Positions 37,989 to 47,585 of a stretch of DNA of 52,974 bases are shown here, one piece after another. The position numbers were made by a program, and so were the translations under genes. Origin of the DNA: a virus. Taxonomy: Duplodnaviria; Caudoviricetes. How positions within the stretch are numbered: position 1 is the stretch's first letter; every line of letters starts with the position of its first letter. Under the pieces are notes generated by a model. That model was not told the DNA's origin. It saw only the letters and a program-made list of their open reading frames with translations, and made no database searches. The stretch spans positions 1 through 52,974 of IMG/VR virus record IMGVR_UViG_3300032073_000043; one strand, written 5' to 3'.

Positions 37989-40028
37989 TTAAGATGTTGG
38001 ATACGTTATACCTGTTGCAGTTGCAGCGTTTTCTTTACTGTGTATTTGAACAGTTACATCATACTCAGGAACTTTTGCAAATTGCACTAAAATGTGGTTA
38101 TCACTGTCTGTGCCACTAGTATCTGAGTTTGTAGTCCAATCAATTATAACTTGTCGATAATCTGCAGCAGCACCTTTATATTGAGCCGTTACCTGTAGTG
38201 CTTTAGTACCTAAATCATGTTGTATTACAGCGTTTAGTTGAGTAGCATGTAGAGATGAAACATCAATAACTTGAACAACATTTTTAGCTTGAGCTAATCT
38301 AAGAGGTGTTACAACTTTTGTATTATCAGAACCTGTTTGTACCTCAGCAACTGAAGCTACAGATCTTTGAGTGTTGTTTGTTGTTATTGAACCACCTAAT
38401 GAAATAGCAGAACCATCTATTGTTATAGCAGAGTTTGCTAATTTAGCATTTTCAATTGTAGCATCTGCAATGTGAGCGTTGTCAATAGAACCATCTGTAT
38501 AATGTTCTGAATCAATTGCGTTATCAGCAATTTTAGCTTTAGTTACAGCATCAGCGTTTATTTTAGCAGTAGTTACCGCGTTAGAATCAATTTGTCCCGC
38601 AGCTACAGTGCCTAATAATGCTAATGCACCTAAAGCTGTTCCGTTAAGAGTTATTGCGTCAGCTTCTAAAGTTCCATCAACATCAACGTTTCCAGATATA
38701 TCTAATGAAGCAGCGATTAACTGATCAACTTGTAAGTCTTCATAACTTGATCCAAGTTTTAATTCAAACTTAGGTCCTGTTGTACTGTATGTAAATGTTG
38801 CATCATCTCCAGAACCACCTTCAAGTGTAATACCAGCGCCGTTAACAACAGCTGCTGTACTGTTTCCACTATCAAGTACTATATTGTGATCGTTAAGACT
38901 TACTGTGGTTGAATTTACAGTTGTAGTAGTACCTGAAACTTGTAAGTTACCAGTTATTACTATTGTATCACCACTATCAGTACCTATAACTATATTTTCA
39001 TCAGCAGCACCACTTGCAGATTGTAACGCAGCTAATCTGGTTAATAAGTTAGCGTTAGATACATCTACGTCACTATTAGTTGTATAAGATGGAGTACCAA
39101 ATGTACCATCATGTTTTAAGAACTCTCCGTTTGATCCAGCAGCTGGTACAAAGTTATTATTACCAGTTCCAACTAAAGTTCTTATTTCTGCAGCTGTTTG
39201 ATCTGTAGTTGCACCATCTTCATAACCGAGTGCCGTTGCCATTTCAGCTTGTGTTATTCCACTCTTTAAAGTTGGCGTTCCACTATTGTCATAAATAGCA
39301 GCATTACCAGAATCACCAGAAACATTTACTTGTGCACCATCAGCTACATTAAGTATTGCTAATGCTTCAGCTTTTGATAAAGCTTTTGGAACACCAGCGC
39401 TAGCAGCAGTTCTACCTATGAAAGTATCTGTAGCTATATTAGCTAGCTTAGCCATTGTTATATTAGCATCAGCTATTTTAGCTGTAGTAACATTTGCATC
39501 AACTATACTAGCTGTAACAACAGCGTCTGAAGCTAAGTTATCAGCATCAACCGCATCATCAGCAAGCATTGAGTGAACAATATCACCAGCTCCAATTACA
39601 AAGTCTAAGTTGCCATTTGTATCGTCATAAGATACAGATATACCAGTTTCAGTACCATCAAGCATTCCACCAACATAGTCTTCAACTTGTTCTTGTGTTA
39701 ATGTGCTGTTAGCTGATATTGTAACTACACCACCAACTTCTGCTAGTGTAACGCCAGATCCTTTTTTAAGAACTAAGTTTTCTGATGTTTCTAATGTGTT
39801 GTTTACAGATCCATCACCGTTAGTGTCTATCTGCACTGTTCTAGTACCACCGCCAGAAGCTAGTGATAACCATGCAGATCCATTATACACTTTTACCGTG
39901 CCTGAATCATAAATAATTTGCCCCGTACCAGGCGACGTGACATCACCAGAACCAGTTGTGTGGAGCAGTACGTTTTGAATTTCGGCTGCATTGCCGAAGT
40001 CCATGTGATTTAAAATAGGTATTGCCAT
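37989..40028 (-). CDS. Tail fibre protein
   Basis: VTTAKIADA-type repeats, a GNLQVSGTTTTVNST motif and a T4 gp34-like EVQTGSDNTKVVTPLRL motif. Confidence 0.8.
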   Translation of the reverse strand: MAIPILNHMDFGNAAEIQNVLLHTTGSGDVTSPGTGQIIYDSGTVKVYNGSAWLSLASGGGTRTVQIDTNGDGSVNNTLETSENLVLKKGSGVTLAEVGGVVTISANSTLTQEQVEDYVGGMLDGTETGISVSYDDTNGNLDFVIGAGDIVHSMLADDAVDADNLASDAVVTASIVDANVTTAKIADANITMAKLANIATDTFIGRTAASAGVPKALSKAEALAILNVADGAQVNVSGDSGNAAIYDNSGTPTLKSGITQAEMATALGYEDGATTDQTAAEIRTLVGTGNNNFVPAAGSNGEFLKHDGTFGTPSYTTNSDVDVSNANLLTRLAALQSASGAADENIVIGTDSGDTIVITGNLQVSGTTTTVNSTTVSLNDHNIVLDSGNSTAAVVNGAGITLEGGSGDDATFTYSTTGPKFELKLGSSYEDLQVDQLIAASLDISGNVDVDGTLEADAITLNGTALGALALLGTVAAGQIDSNAVTTAKINADAVTKAKIADNAIDSEHYTDGSIDNAHIADATIENAKLANSAITIDGSAISLGGSITTNNTQRSVASVAEVQTGSDNTKVVTPLRLAQAKNVVQVIDVSSLHATQLNAVIQHDLGTKALQVTAQYKGAAADYRQVIIDWTTNSDTSGTDSDNHILVQFAKVPEYDVTVQIHSKENAATATGITYPTS

Positions 40029-40068
40029 TGTTGTTGTTTAAGTTATTTATTAATTATTAGTTGTTGTT

Positions 40069-40419
40069 TTATTTTTTTAAGTATGCATATCCGCTTTTTG
40101 CGTTCAAAAAATTAATTCTTAATGAATCCTTTGTTAAATAAGTAACAATGCCCATAGCTTGAACATTGTTAAAAGTTCCTCCACCCGATAACTTGACATT
40201 AATACAAGGTAGGTAATCTACTAAGTCTAGATTATGTGTTATGGTCCAAGTGGCGGATGCATTGTTTTGATGATGTTTTTTTACACCTACGTTGCTAGCA
40301 AAAAAAGCACTAAGACTTGATAAACTAAAGTTTTTAGTATTTCCATTTTCGTCAGATCCTAAGAGTTTATCATTATCAGTAACACTGGCGTCTTGTGCAT
40401 AGTTATTTATTCTAGCCAT
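40069..40419 (-). CDS. Small tail/fibre-associated structural protein
   Basis: DKLLGSD and ATWTITHNL motifs are typical of fibre-associated phage proteins. Confidence 0.6.
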   Translation of the reverse strand: MARINNYAQDASVTDNDKLLGSDENGNTKNFSLSSLSAFFASNVGVKKHHQNNASATWTITHNLDLVDYLPCINVKLSGGGTFNNVQAMGIVTYLTKDSLRINFLNAKSGYAYLKK

Positions 40420-40422
40420 TAT

Positions 40423-40821
40423 TTATTTCTTTTTTAGTTTTTCAAAACTTCGTCCACCGAAATAAGCACCTATAACGGTGATTAAAACAAGCTGTAGAAG
40501 ATCTGTCCATTTTTGTTCTACATTAAAACCAATTGCTCCACTATCGATAAAAACTAACAATACTGTAGAAACAATTAAAAATATAAGTACCAACGGTCTC
40601 ACTGATCTAGTTAGCCAGTTACCGTGTTGTAAATCAGCCTGCCATCGATCAGTTACATTTTTCTGCATCTCAGCTTCAGCTTTTATCATTATCTCAGTCA
40701 TCTCTTTTTCAAACTGAGCTTTTTCTTCTTTAGTTTGTATAAACTTATCGGCAACGCCTGATAATTTTTCTAATATACTTCCACCGGCTCCGCCGAATAA
40801 TTTAGCTAATAACTTACTCAT
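40423..40821 (-). CDS. Holin (GTA 3TM holin-like)
   Basis: WLTRSVRPLVLIF, TM helices and GAYFGGRSFEK with a basic C-terminus. Confidence 0.8.
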   Translation of the reverse strand: MSKLLAKLFGGAGGSILEKLSGVADKFIQTKEEKAQFEKEMTEIMIKAEAEMQKNVTDRWQADLQHGNWLTRSVRPLVLIFLIVSTVLLVFIDSGAIGFNVEQKWTDLLQLVLITVIGAYFGGRSFEKLKKK

Positions 40822-40825
40822 CTAT

Positions 40826-42670
40826 TTATTTTTGATAACCTGACCAGCCTTTTTGTCTAAATCCACTAGCCGATTTTAATTGATCTTCTAATCCTTGTAT
40901 TGTTACCTTACCACTTGTTACAGCGTCTATAGCACTTCCATTACCTAATTTCTTAACTTGGTTGTATTGTGCACCAGTCATTACTCTTGGCATAGATATT
41001 GATGATTGAGATTCAGAAGGCATGTTACCAGCTTTTCTCATTAGCTTGTTTTTTCTAACTTCTCCTCTACTTAATCCCGCGGCTTTATCTTGTTGTTTAG
41101 CTATCCTGTTTTGACGTCTTGGTGTTACTTTTCTACCTTGTAATCTTTCTAACTTATTATTAGCTTTTTCTTGTTTATTACTAATAATAGGTTTTTTTCT
41201 TTCTGGTTGAGATATTTTATCTAAATTCACAGGAGCTTTAACCTCAAGTGCACCACTTGATACTGGTGCTACTTTAGAAGGTTTAATAGAACTTACTGGT
41301 CCTGGATCCTTAGGAGCGTTCTTATAATCCCATTTGCCAGTCTTAGCAAATACATCGTTTTGTCTTTTAGCTTCTTTTATATAGTTAGATTTATTCATAT
41401 GACCATATGTCTTTCTATCTCTATTTTTGTAAGCTTCATCGTAAGACACTTTAGGTTTTGAAGGCTCAGGGCTTGGATTCGGATTGTTATCTGGTTTGTT
41501 AGTAGAACCTAATAACATTTTAGCCGCACCATATCCAAGTGTAGCACCTAAACCGATTTGACCAATGGTTTTCAAAGCACCTCCAATTGAACCTCCCGTT
41601 GCTCCACCACCAGAGGATGGTTTTGGTTTTTTAATATCTGGTAAGTTTCTACCATCTCCAATTTGTTTAGGATCTTTACTTAACTTAGTGTTTGTAGATT
41701 TAAAATCTATTTTTTTCTTCTTAGAAAATTTACCAACAATTCCACCTATAGCTTCACCAATCTTACCATAAATCTTATTTTTTTTAGGTGAAGGCGCGTT
41801 TTGATAACCACTATAACCTTTTTGTGAATATCCACTTTTAGCATTTTGCTTTTGGAAACTAATATTACCATCTACTATTGTTGGCTCAACACCGTATTCT
41901 TTCTTATATCTTTCTATATTTGCAAGTGTAGCTTGTGTTTGACCACCTTTTCCAGTACCAGAGGTTTGCTCTGTCCAACCAATAGGGTTATTCAAGCTAG
42001 AACTACCATCTTGCAGTTTATTACCAGTTATATTACCACTAGAATCTTTGTTATAGTCATTCATTTGACCACCTGTAAATCTATTTTTTTCTAAGTAATC
42101 AAATTGCTTTTGTTGCTCAGGTGTTAAAGAACCAACTTTTCTTTTTGTTTTCTTTAATAGTCTGTAGTTTCTTTTATTATCTCTTTTAGTAGATCTATCA
42201 AGCATGTTTTCTCTTCTTCTTTGATTAGCAGCTTGGCTTCTACTTAAGTTAGTTTTAAACTGAGGATCTAAATAAGCGTCTACACCAGGTTTACCTTCTG
42301 ACCCTTTAATTATTTGTTCTTCTTCTCTATTACCATATTCAACATCTTGGTTGCTCCACTGTGTAGCATCTACGTTTTCACCATTTTCGGTACCTTGAAA
42401 TCCAACAGAACCAGACTGAGCATTTTGTCTGTCTTTTAACTTCATATAATCTTGAAGAGGCATATTAGGTTGTCTTCTGTCTCTTTCAGCTGTTATGTCT
42501 TTTACGTACTGATCTCCACCGTCTTCTCCAGTGAATGTGACACCTAGATCTTTATTTATTTTAGTAACTACATCTTCTACTCCAGGTGTACCTCCTATTT
42601 TAAGTTTGTCTTGATCGATTACTACTTGTTTAGCGTACGATTTTACTCTTTGTGTTATTGGTGATGCCAT
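40826..42670 (-). CDS. Large basic low-complexity protein, putative internal virion protein
   Basis: Likely start MASPITQ at 42670. Lys/Gly/Gln-rich with one Gly-rich hydrophobic segment. Confidence 0.6.
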   Translation of the reverse strand: MASPITQRVKSYAKQVVIDQDKLKIGGTPGVEDVVTKINKDLGVTFTGEDGGDQYVKDITAERDRRQPNMPLQDYMKLKDRQNAQSGSVGFQGTENGENVDATQWSNQDVEYGNREEEQIIKGSEGKPGVDAYLDPQFKTNLSRSQAANQRRRENMLDRSTKRDNKRNYRLLKKTKRKVGSLTPEQQKQFDYLEKNRFTGGQMNDYNKDSSGNITGNKLQDGSSSLNNPIGWTEQTSGTGKGGQTQATLANIERYKKEYGVEPTIVDGNISFQKQNAKSGYSQKGYSGYQNAPSPKKNKIYGKIGEAIGGIVGKFSKKKKIDFKSTNTKLSKDPKQIGDGRNLPDIKKPKPSSGGGATGGSIGGALKTIGQIGLGATLGYGAAKMLLGSTNKPDNNPNPSPEPSKPKVSYDEAYKNRDRKTYGHMNKSNYIKEAKRQNDVFAKTGKWDYKNAPKDPGPVSSIKPSKVAPVSSGALEVKAPVNLDKISQPERKKPIISNKQEKANNKLERLQGRKVTPRRQNRIAKQQDKAAGLSRGEVRKNKLMRKAGNMPSESQSSISMPRVMTGAQYNQVKKLGNGSAIDAVTSGKVTIQGLEDQLKSASGFRQKGWSGYQK

Positions 42671-42674
42671 AATA

Positions 42675-42995
42675 TTATTTTGTTTGTTCTTTAGCTGCAA
42701 TTGAAACTTCAAGTGCATTTATTTGTTCTTGGATTTTAGCTTTTTTAGCTTCGTCTGTTTCATTTAATAAACTATCTTTTAAAGCTTTTAAAGCAACAGC
42801 GTCTGTGTCTTCACCTTCGTTTTGGTCTTGACCAGGCGGATTATAATTATTTGATTTTTGAGATTTTGGCTTTAGCTCTGCAGCAGAGTCTGCTATAGGC
42901 ACACCTCTACCAATGCTAGCAGCTCCATCAATTAATGCAGCTGATGCTCTATAAGGTGAATTAGCTTTTTGCCTTTGAAACCATGTCTTGTACAT
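42675..42995 (-). CDS. Hypothetical protein
   Basis: 106-aa ORF tiling the late operon. Confidence 0.55.
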   Translation of the reverse strand: MYKTWFQRQKANSPYRASAALIDGAASIGRGVPIADSAAELKPKSQKSNNYNPPGQDQNEGEDTDAVALKALKDSLLNETDEAKKAKIQEQINALEVSIAAKEQTK

Positions 42996-43392
42996 TGTTT
43001 ATATTGTTTTTAGCGTTAGCTTTAGCTTCTGCTTCCCATGATGCACCTGCATCTCCTTCTTGAAAAGACTTACCAGCTTTGTTAGTAATAGGTATCATTT
43101 TAGTACCTTCTCTTTTATATATATTAAATTCAGATGGTGTGTTTTCAATAATATGTTCATTAGTATATTGATTACCACGTTTCATCTGGTATATATGCTC
43201 CATCTCCTCTTCTAAAGTAAGATTAGCATTTAAATAACTATCAGGAGCTTCTTCAGCTACAAATATAGTATTATCTCTATTTGCTTCAGCAACTACACCT
43301 GGATCTAGTTTTTTGTTAAAAACAGGTATGTTACCATTGACAATAGTTCTTAAACCAAATAATTCTGCTTTACTCTTTAATTTAAAACTCAT
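42961..43392 (-). CDS. Zincin-like protein with degenerate metal motif
   Basis: AEANRDNTIF...LEEEMEHIYQM...WEAEA: EExxH sits where HExxH is expected. Confidence 0.5.
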   Translation of the reverse strand: MSFKLKSKAELFGLRTIVNGNIPVFNKKLDPGVVAEANRDNTIFVAEEAPDSYLNANLTLEEEMEHIYQMKRGNQYTNEHIIENTPSEFNIYKREGTKMIPITNKAGKSFQEGDAGASWEAEAKANAKNNINNVQDMVSKAKS

Positions 43393-44099
43393 TGTTTATA
43401 AGATTTTAAGCTTTGTCTATTAGATGATGCAACACCACCCATATATCTTTGTTTTTTATAACTACCAGGTTCTATAGGTTCTGTTTGACCAGTTGCTCCT
43501 CTATAAACACCATCCACAAAACCATAACCGGGAGCACCATATTCTAAAACTTTATCTGCTTTAGTTAGTTTAACAGGTCTATTTCCAAATATGTTAAACT
43601 TACTACCTTCTTTAAAATTCTTTTTTATATTTTTTGGTACTTGCCTTATATTATCTTTAACTACTTCTGGTAAAGCATTTACTATTTTTTTACCACCACT
43701 TGAATAAAGTTTTGAAGCTATCTTAACTGCTGAAGGATCTGTATGTTTAGCTACTTTTCTAGCTTTATTAATATCATTCATAGCACCCGCAGCTTTCATA
43801 CTTAATTTTGCTCCACCACCAAGTAATCCAAGACCTGGTATTGCGGCAGCACCTGATAAACCAGCATTCTTTAAATCACCCTCTGCTAAGTACCAAGCTG
43901 CATTTATACCATCTGCTATGTTACCAAAAGCAGGTACCATACCTAAAACATCTAAAGCACCGTGTCCCCAACTTTTCCAGTCAGTCTGTTTATTAATAGA
44001 TATAGGTCCACCACTACCATCGGCGTTCATAGTTACCTCTTGGTTTGGTGGAAACTTTAAGCCTTGTGCAGCTTTTACTCTATTTATAATGTTACCCAC
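43389..44099 (-). CDS. Protein with pre-toxin (PT-TG-like) helical domain
   Basis: HGALDVLGMVPAFGNIADGINAAWYLAEGDLKNAGLSGAAAIPGLG matches the pre-toxin helical hairpin of polymorphic toxins. Confidence 0.65.
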   Translation of the reverse strand: MGNIINRVKAAQGLKFPPNQEVTMNADGSGGPISINKQTDWKSWGHGALDVLGMVPAFGNIADGINAAWYLAEGDLKNAGLSGAAAIPGLGLLGGGAKLSMKAAGAMNDINKARKVAKHTDPSAVKIASKLYSSGGKKIVNALPEVVKDNIRQVPKNIKKNFKEGSKFNIFGNRPVKLTKADKVLEYGAPGYGFVDGVYRGATGQTEPIEPGSYKKQRYMGGVASSNRQSLKSYKQ

Positions 44100-44625
44100 A
44101 GTTACAGTTGTCTAATTTTTTTGCACAATTGCAAGGTTTTTGGTTATCTTGACTTTGTAAAGTATTAATACCTCTTCCCATTGGGTTTTTAAATACCTGC
44201 TTATTGTTGCTTTTTATACCGTTAAATATATTTGCAGCTTTAGCAGGATTTTCTTTTGCTAGTTTAGAACCTGGGCCAAACGCATTAACTTGAGACGCTG
44301 TTTGCTTATTGTTACTTTTTTGTGACTCTCTATCTGATTTCTCACTTTGATCGGTAATTAATTTATTTGGATCAAATTTAGGATTATATTCTAAAGGTTT
44401 ACCACCAACAGTAAGAGTTGGGTGTTTTACATGATTGCGTCTACCCTCTTCTTGATAGTCATCTTCTACGGTCGCTGGCATGGTTCCTTTTGGACTCACT
44501 TGCTTGTATGATGATTTACAACCTCTTTTATTGTAAGGTGAACCCATTCCTGGAATAATAGGATCTGAGTATCTACCTTTTTCTGGGTTGTTTTTAATTC
44601 CCGGGTTTTGGAATATGTTTGCCAT
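44092..44625 (-). CDS. Hypothetical low-complexity protein
   Basis: 177 aa, hydrophilic, with a C-terminal CNC...CNCG. Confidence 0.55.
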   Translation of the reverse strand: MANIFQNPGIKNNPEKGRYSDPIIPGMGSPYNKRGCKSSYKQVSPKGTMPATVEDDYQEEGRRNHVKHPTLTVGGKPLEYNPKFDPNKLITDQSEKSDRESQKSNNKQTASQVNAFGPGSKLAKENPAKAANIFNGIKSNNKQVFKNPMGRGINTLQSQDNQKPCNCAKKLDNCNCG

Positions 44626-44627
44626 AA

Positions 44628-45068
44628 TTATCTGTTTTTGTCTTTTATCATATCATCTATAGCTTTGTTATAAACTTTATCAGTATATGATTTATTGTTA
44701 AAAAATATGTTTCTTTCTGAAGTGGGTATATCCTCTTCCCCTAATAGAATTCTGTATATACGGGATATAAGTTGAGAGCATTTAAATGATGTTTTGTATA
44801 TACTATATTTAATTGTAGTGCGGTTACGATGCCTCCAAACTTCTATCCAACCTTGTTGCCTTAGACGTTCCCAGCGGTTTTTATCCCAACTGTAAGTATA
44901 AGAGCCATCTATAAAGCTATTACGTGTAAATCGCGATTTGCAATCTAAATACACTAAAAGTTCTAAATCAGCATCATTTAGCTTATAAGTTTTACAGGCC
45001 CATTTACGAACGAGCCTGTAATACTTTAGTAAGCCAATATCTCTTAAATCTTGTGGACTTAGTTTCAT
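44628..45068 (-). CDS. Hypothetical protein, possible winged-helix DNA-binding fold
   Basis: LNDADLELLVYL...RLRQQGWIEV...YKTS pattern. Coupled to groES. Confidence 0.5.
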   Translation of the reverse strand: MKLSPQDLRDIGLLKYYRLVRKWACKTYKLNDADLELLVYLDCKSRFTRNSFIDGSYTYSWDKNRWERLRQQGWIEVWRHRNRTTIKYSIYKTSFKCSQLISRIYRILLGEEDIPTSERNIFFNNKSYTDKVYNKAIDDMIKDKNR

Positions 45069-45322
45069 TCTACTAAAACTACATCTTGTATTTTTATAAC
45101 TTGCAATAGTTTATTTTTCCAGTGTATACCGTGTCCAGCGTGTTTATCATAGTATATAATGCTATTGTCATTAATACCCTCGACTAAGTTACCTTTTGTT
45201 ACAACTTTTGCTTTTATATACCTATTGTCACTGTCTGTTTTTTCTGTTAAAATTAAACCAGCAACTTTCTTAGGCTTTTCTTTGATCTTTTCTACTACTA
45301 TGTAATAATTAACTGCTTGCAT
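45065..45322 (-). CDS. groES: Co-chaperonin GroES
   Basis: YIVVE..., AGLILT mobile loop, AKVVTKG and IKIQDVV. Overlaps the groEL stop. Confidence 0.85.
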   Translation of the reverse strand: MQAVNYYIVVEKIKEKPKKVAGLILTEKTDSDNRYIKAKVVTKGNLVEGINDNSIIYYDKHAGHGIHWKNKLLQVIKIQDVVLVE

Positions 45323-46880
45323 TTGGTATTCTTATATTAGAGATTACACAATCTGCAGAAATTATAGTAGAAACAACACTAACTGCATTCTTTAGTGCTG
45401 TCTTTGTGACTAAGACTGGGTCTATTATGCCACTTTTTATCATATCAACCTCTTTTCCGGTTGTTACATCTATACCATACCCTATTTTTGTAGGAGTTTT
45501 TATTAAAACTATACCAGCATTGTCTAAAATAGTTTTAAAAGGTGCTAAAATAGCAGTTTTTAGTATTTTTTCGCCAGTATTATCTGGTTTTATTGAATTA
45601 GCAGCGTTTAATAGTGCTATTCCACCTCCAGAAACAATACCTTCTTGTAATGCAGCCTTAACTGCATAGATAGCATCTTCAACTCTATCCTTTTTTTCCT
45701 TTAATTCTACTTTAGAATCAGCACCTACGTTAATTATACCAACAGAACCGCTTAACATAGCTAATCTGTCTTGTAATCTTTTCTTAAAATAAGGTTTTTT
45801 CTCTTTTTTAATCTTATTTTTAACATCTTTTATCCTTTCTTCGAGGTCTACCGCTTTTAAACCAGTTGTAAGGACTGTAGTTCTGTTATCTGTGACAGAT
45901 TTTACTACTTCACCCAAACAATCTGGCTGGATCAGATCTAAATCGTCTCCAAGCTCTTCGTTCATAACTTGCGCTCCAGTTAAAAATGCTAAATCTTCTA
46001 TTGTATCTGCTTTACTAGGGCCAAAACCAGGTGGATCTATGATATTAACATTGATATTACCCTTAACTTTGTTCATTAGTAACGCTGATTTGACCTGTTG
46101 GTCAACCTCTGCTATAATAAGTAGAGGTTTTCTTTTCTTTATAACATATTCTAATACACTTTGTATCTTTCTTATGTTAGGTATAGGTGATGAAACTATT
46201 AAAACCGCTGGGTTTTCTAGTTCTGACACCATTTTATCTTTATTTGTAGCAAAGTGAGGTGATGTTAAGCTACTATCGAACTGTACACCCTCTACTATCT
46301 CTGTGTAGGTTTCATCGCTTTCGCTCTCCTCCATCAGCACTACACCGTCCTTACCTACTTTTTTGTAAGCTTCTGCAATAATTTGCCCCAAAGCTTTGTC
46401 ATTGTTGCAGCTAATTGCTGAAACGCTTGTAAGCTGATCGCCAGATACTGCTTTGCTGTGTTCTGAAAGGTATTCCACAACCTTTTTATATCCTGTTTCA
46501 ATGCCATGTTTTATATCTCTTATACTATCGTTAGACTTTACTTGTGAGTTGACCTCTTTTAATAGTGATTCAGCAAGGACGATAGCCGTAGTGGTACCGT
46601 CACCTGCTTCCTTCACTGTGTTTTTCGATGCTTCTTTAATAAGTGTTGCACCTATATTTTCTACAGGATCCATTAGTACTACTGAATCAGCTACAGTTAC
46701 ACCATCTTTAGTTATAACTGGTCTGCCTAATCCATCTTCGTATACTACGCACTTACCTGAGGCACCTAGAGTAGATTTAACAGCTTTCGCTAGTTTATCT
46801 ACACCATTCATAATTTTTGATTTAGCTTCATCACCAAAGTAAAGATCTTTGACAATTTCGCTAGGTTGATTAAATTCCAT
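45309..46880 (-). CDS. groEL: Chaperonin GroEL
   Basis: AVKSTLG, VITKDGVTVA, EAGDGTTTA, EKKDRVEDA and GIIDP motifs. Lacks the GGM tail. Confidence 0.97.
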   Translation of the reverse strand: MEFNQPSEIVKDLYFGDEAKSKIMNGVDKLAKAVKSTLGASGKCVVYEDGLGRPVITKDGVTVADSVVLMDPVENIGATLIKEASKNTVKEAGDGTTTAIVLAESLLKEVNSQVKSNDSIRDIKHGIETGYKKVVEYLSEHSKAVSGDQLTSVSAISCNNDKALGQIIAEAYKKVGKDGVVLMEESESDETYTEIVEGVQFDSSLTSPHFATNKDKMVSELENPAVLIVSSPIPNIRKIQSVLEYVIKKRKPLLIIAEVDQQVKSALLMNKVKGNINVNIIDPPGFGPSKADTIEDLAFLTGAQVMNEELGDDLDLIQPDCLGEVVKSVTDNRTTVLTTGLKAVDLEERIKDVKNKIKKEKKPYFKKRLQDRLAMLSGSVGIINVGADSKVELKEKKDRVEDAIYAVKAALQEGIVSGGGIALLNAANSIKPDNTGEKILKTAILAPFKTILDNAGIVLIKTPTKIGYGIDVTTGKEVDMIKSGIIDPVLVTKTALKNAVSVVSTIISADCVISNIRIPNASS

Positions 46881-46899
46881 TAAATTTGATTTTAATTAA

Positions 46900-47220
46900 T
46901 TACTTAAATGTCTTAACTACTTTTGGTCCTTTTAAGAAGTCTACTTTCTTAGCATAGTGCTCGATGCTTCCATCAATTGCAGCTTCTGCTCCGTCCATAG
47001 TTTCTCTTCTTGTAACATCATGCCATTTTTCACAGCATGTATCATCTTCAGGATTACAAGGACAATCGATGTCTTTGTACTCTGTTTGATAAAAACCATT
47101 TGGTAATTGTACTATCCTCCAGTTTTTCTTTTCTGAAAGGTGTTTCCAAAGTTTTATTTGTTCTTCGGAGATTTGTGGTTGACTATTCCACGTATTAGTC
47201 TTGTAATAAAAATACGTCAT
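46900..47220 (-). CDS. Hypothetical protein
   Basis: 106-aa ORF with an AT-rich leader upstream of groEL. Confidence 0.65.
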   Translation of the reverse strand: MTYFYYKTNTWNSQPQISEEQIKLWKHLSEKKNWRIVQLPNGFYQTEYKDIDCPCNPEDDTCCEKWHDVTRRETMDGAEAAIDGSIEHYAKKVDFLKGPKVVKTFK

Positions 47221-47252
47221 GTTTATGGTATTTTAGGTTAGCAGAGGTTTGG

Positions 47253-47486
47253 TTACTCTTTCTTCGTACCGTGTCCTCTGTTTCCACGGTTCGCTTTTAT
47301 ACTGGTAAATCTTCTGGTTTTGTGGTCATAGTCTTTACCTTTTATGTTTTTACCTGCTTTCTTAGCTGCTCTTCTCTTACGTTGGTTTTCAGCTCTCATC
47401 TTCTCTCTTCTTCGTGTGTTGGCAGCTGCTAGGTCTCTTTTCTTTTTAGCCGCTGCAGCTCTTGCGGACAATTTCTGCTTAGGCAT
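47253..47486 (-). CDS. Small basic protein with partial HNH-like motif
   Basis: KGKDYDH...ANRG resembles minimal phage HNH proteins. First gene of the late region. Confidence 0.5.
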   Translation of the reverse strand: MPKQKLSARAAAAKKKRDLAAANTRRREKMRAENQRKRRAAKKAGKNIKGKDYDHKTRRFTSIKANRGNRGHGTKKE

Positions 47487-47542
47487 AGTTTATGTATTTG
47501 TTGATACTAGTATAATCACATAAAGTAAAGTAAAGTTAAAAG

Positions 47543-47585
47543 TGACACTTGCCTGTTACTAGTATACTATTAGAGGCTAATGTCA
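47543..47585. repeat. Imperfect palindrome bounded by TGACA/TGTCA
   Basis: TGACA-CTT-GCCT...TAGTATACTA...AGGC-TAA-TGTCA. Confidence 0.7.

Noticed and set aside
2349-46842. Numerous short plus-strand ORFs within the late region (e.g. 19245..19640, 45892..46257, 46453..46842)
   Set aside because: They lie antisense to well-supported genes and have no independent signals.
231-47486. Stop-codon reassignment, or introns/inteins as in some crAss-like phages
   Set aside because: Genes tile densely and are full length in the standard code; terminase, portal and capsid show no evident insertions.
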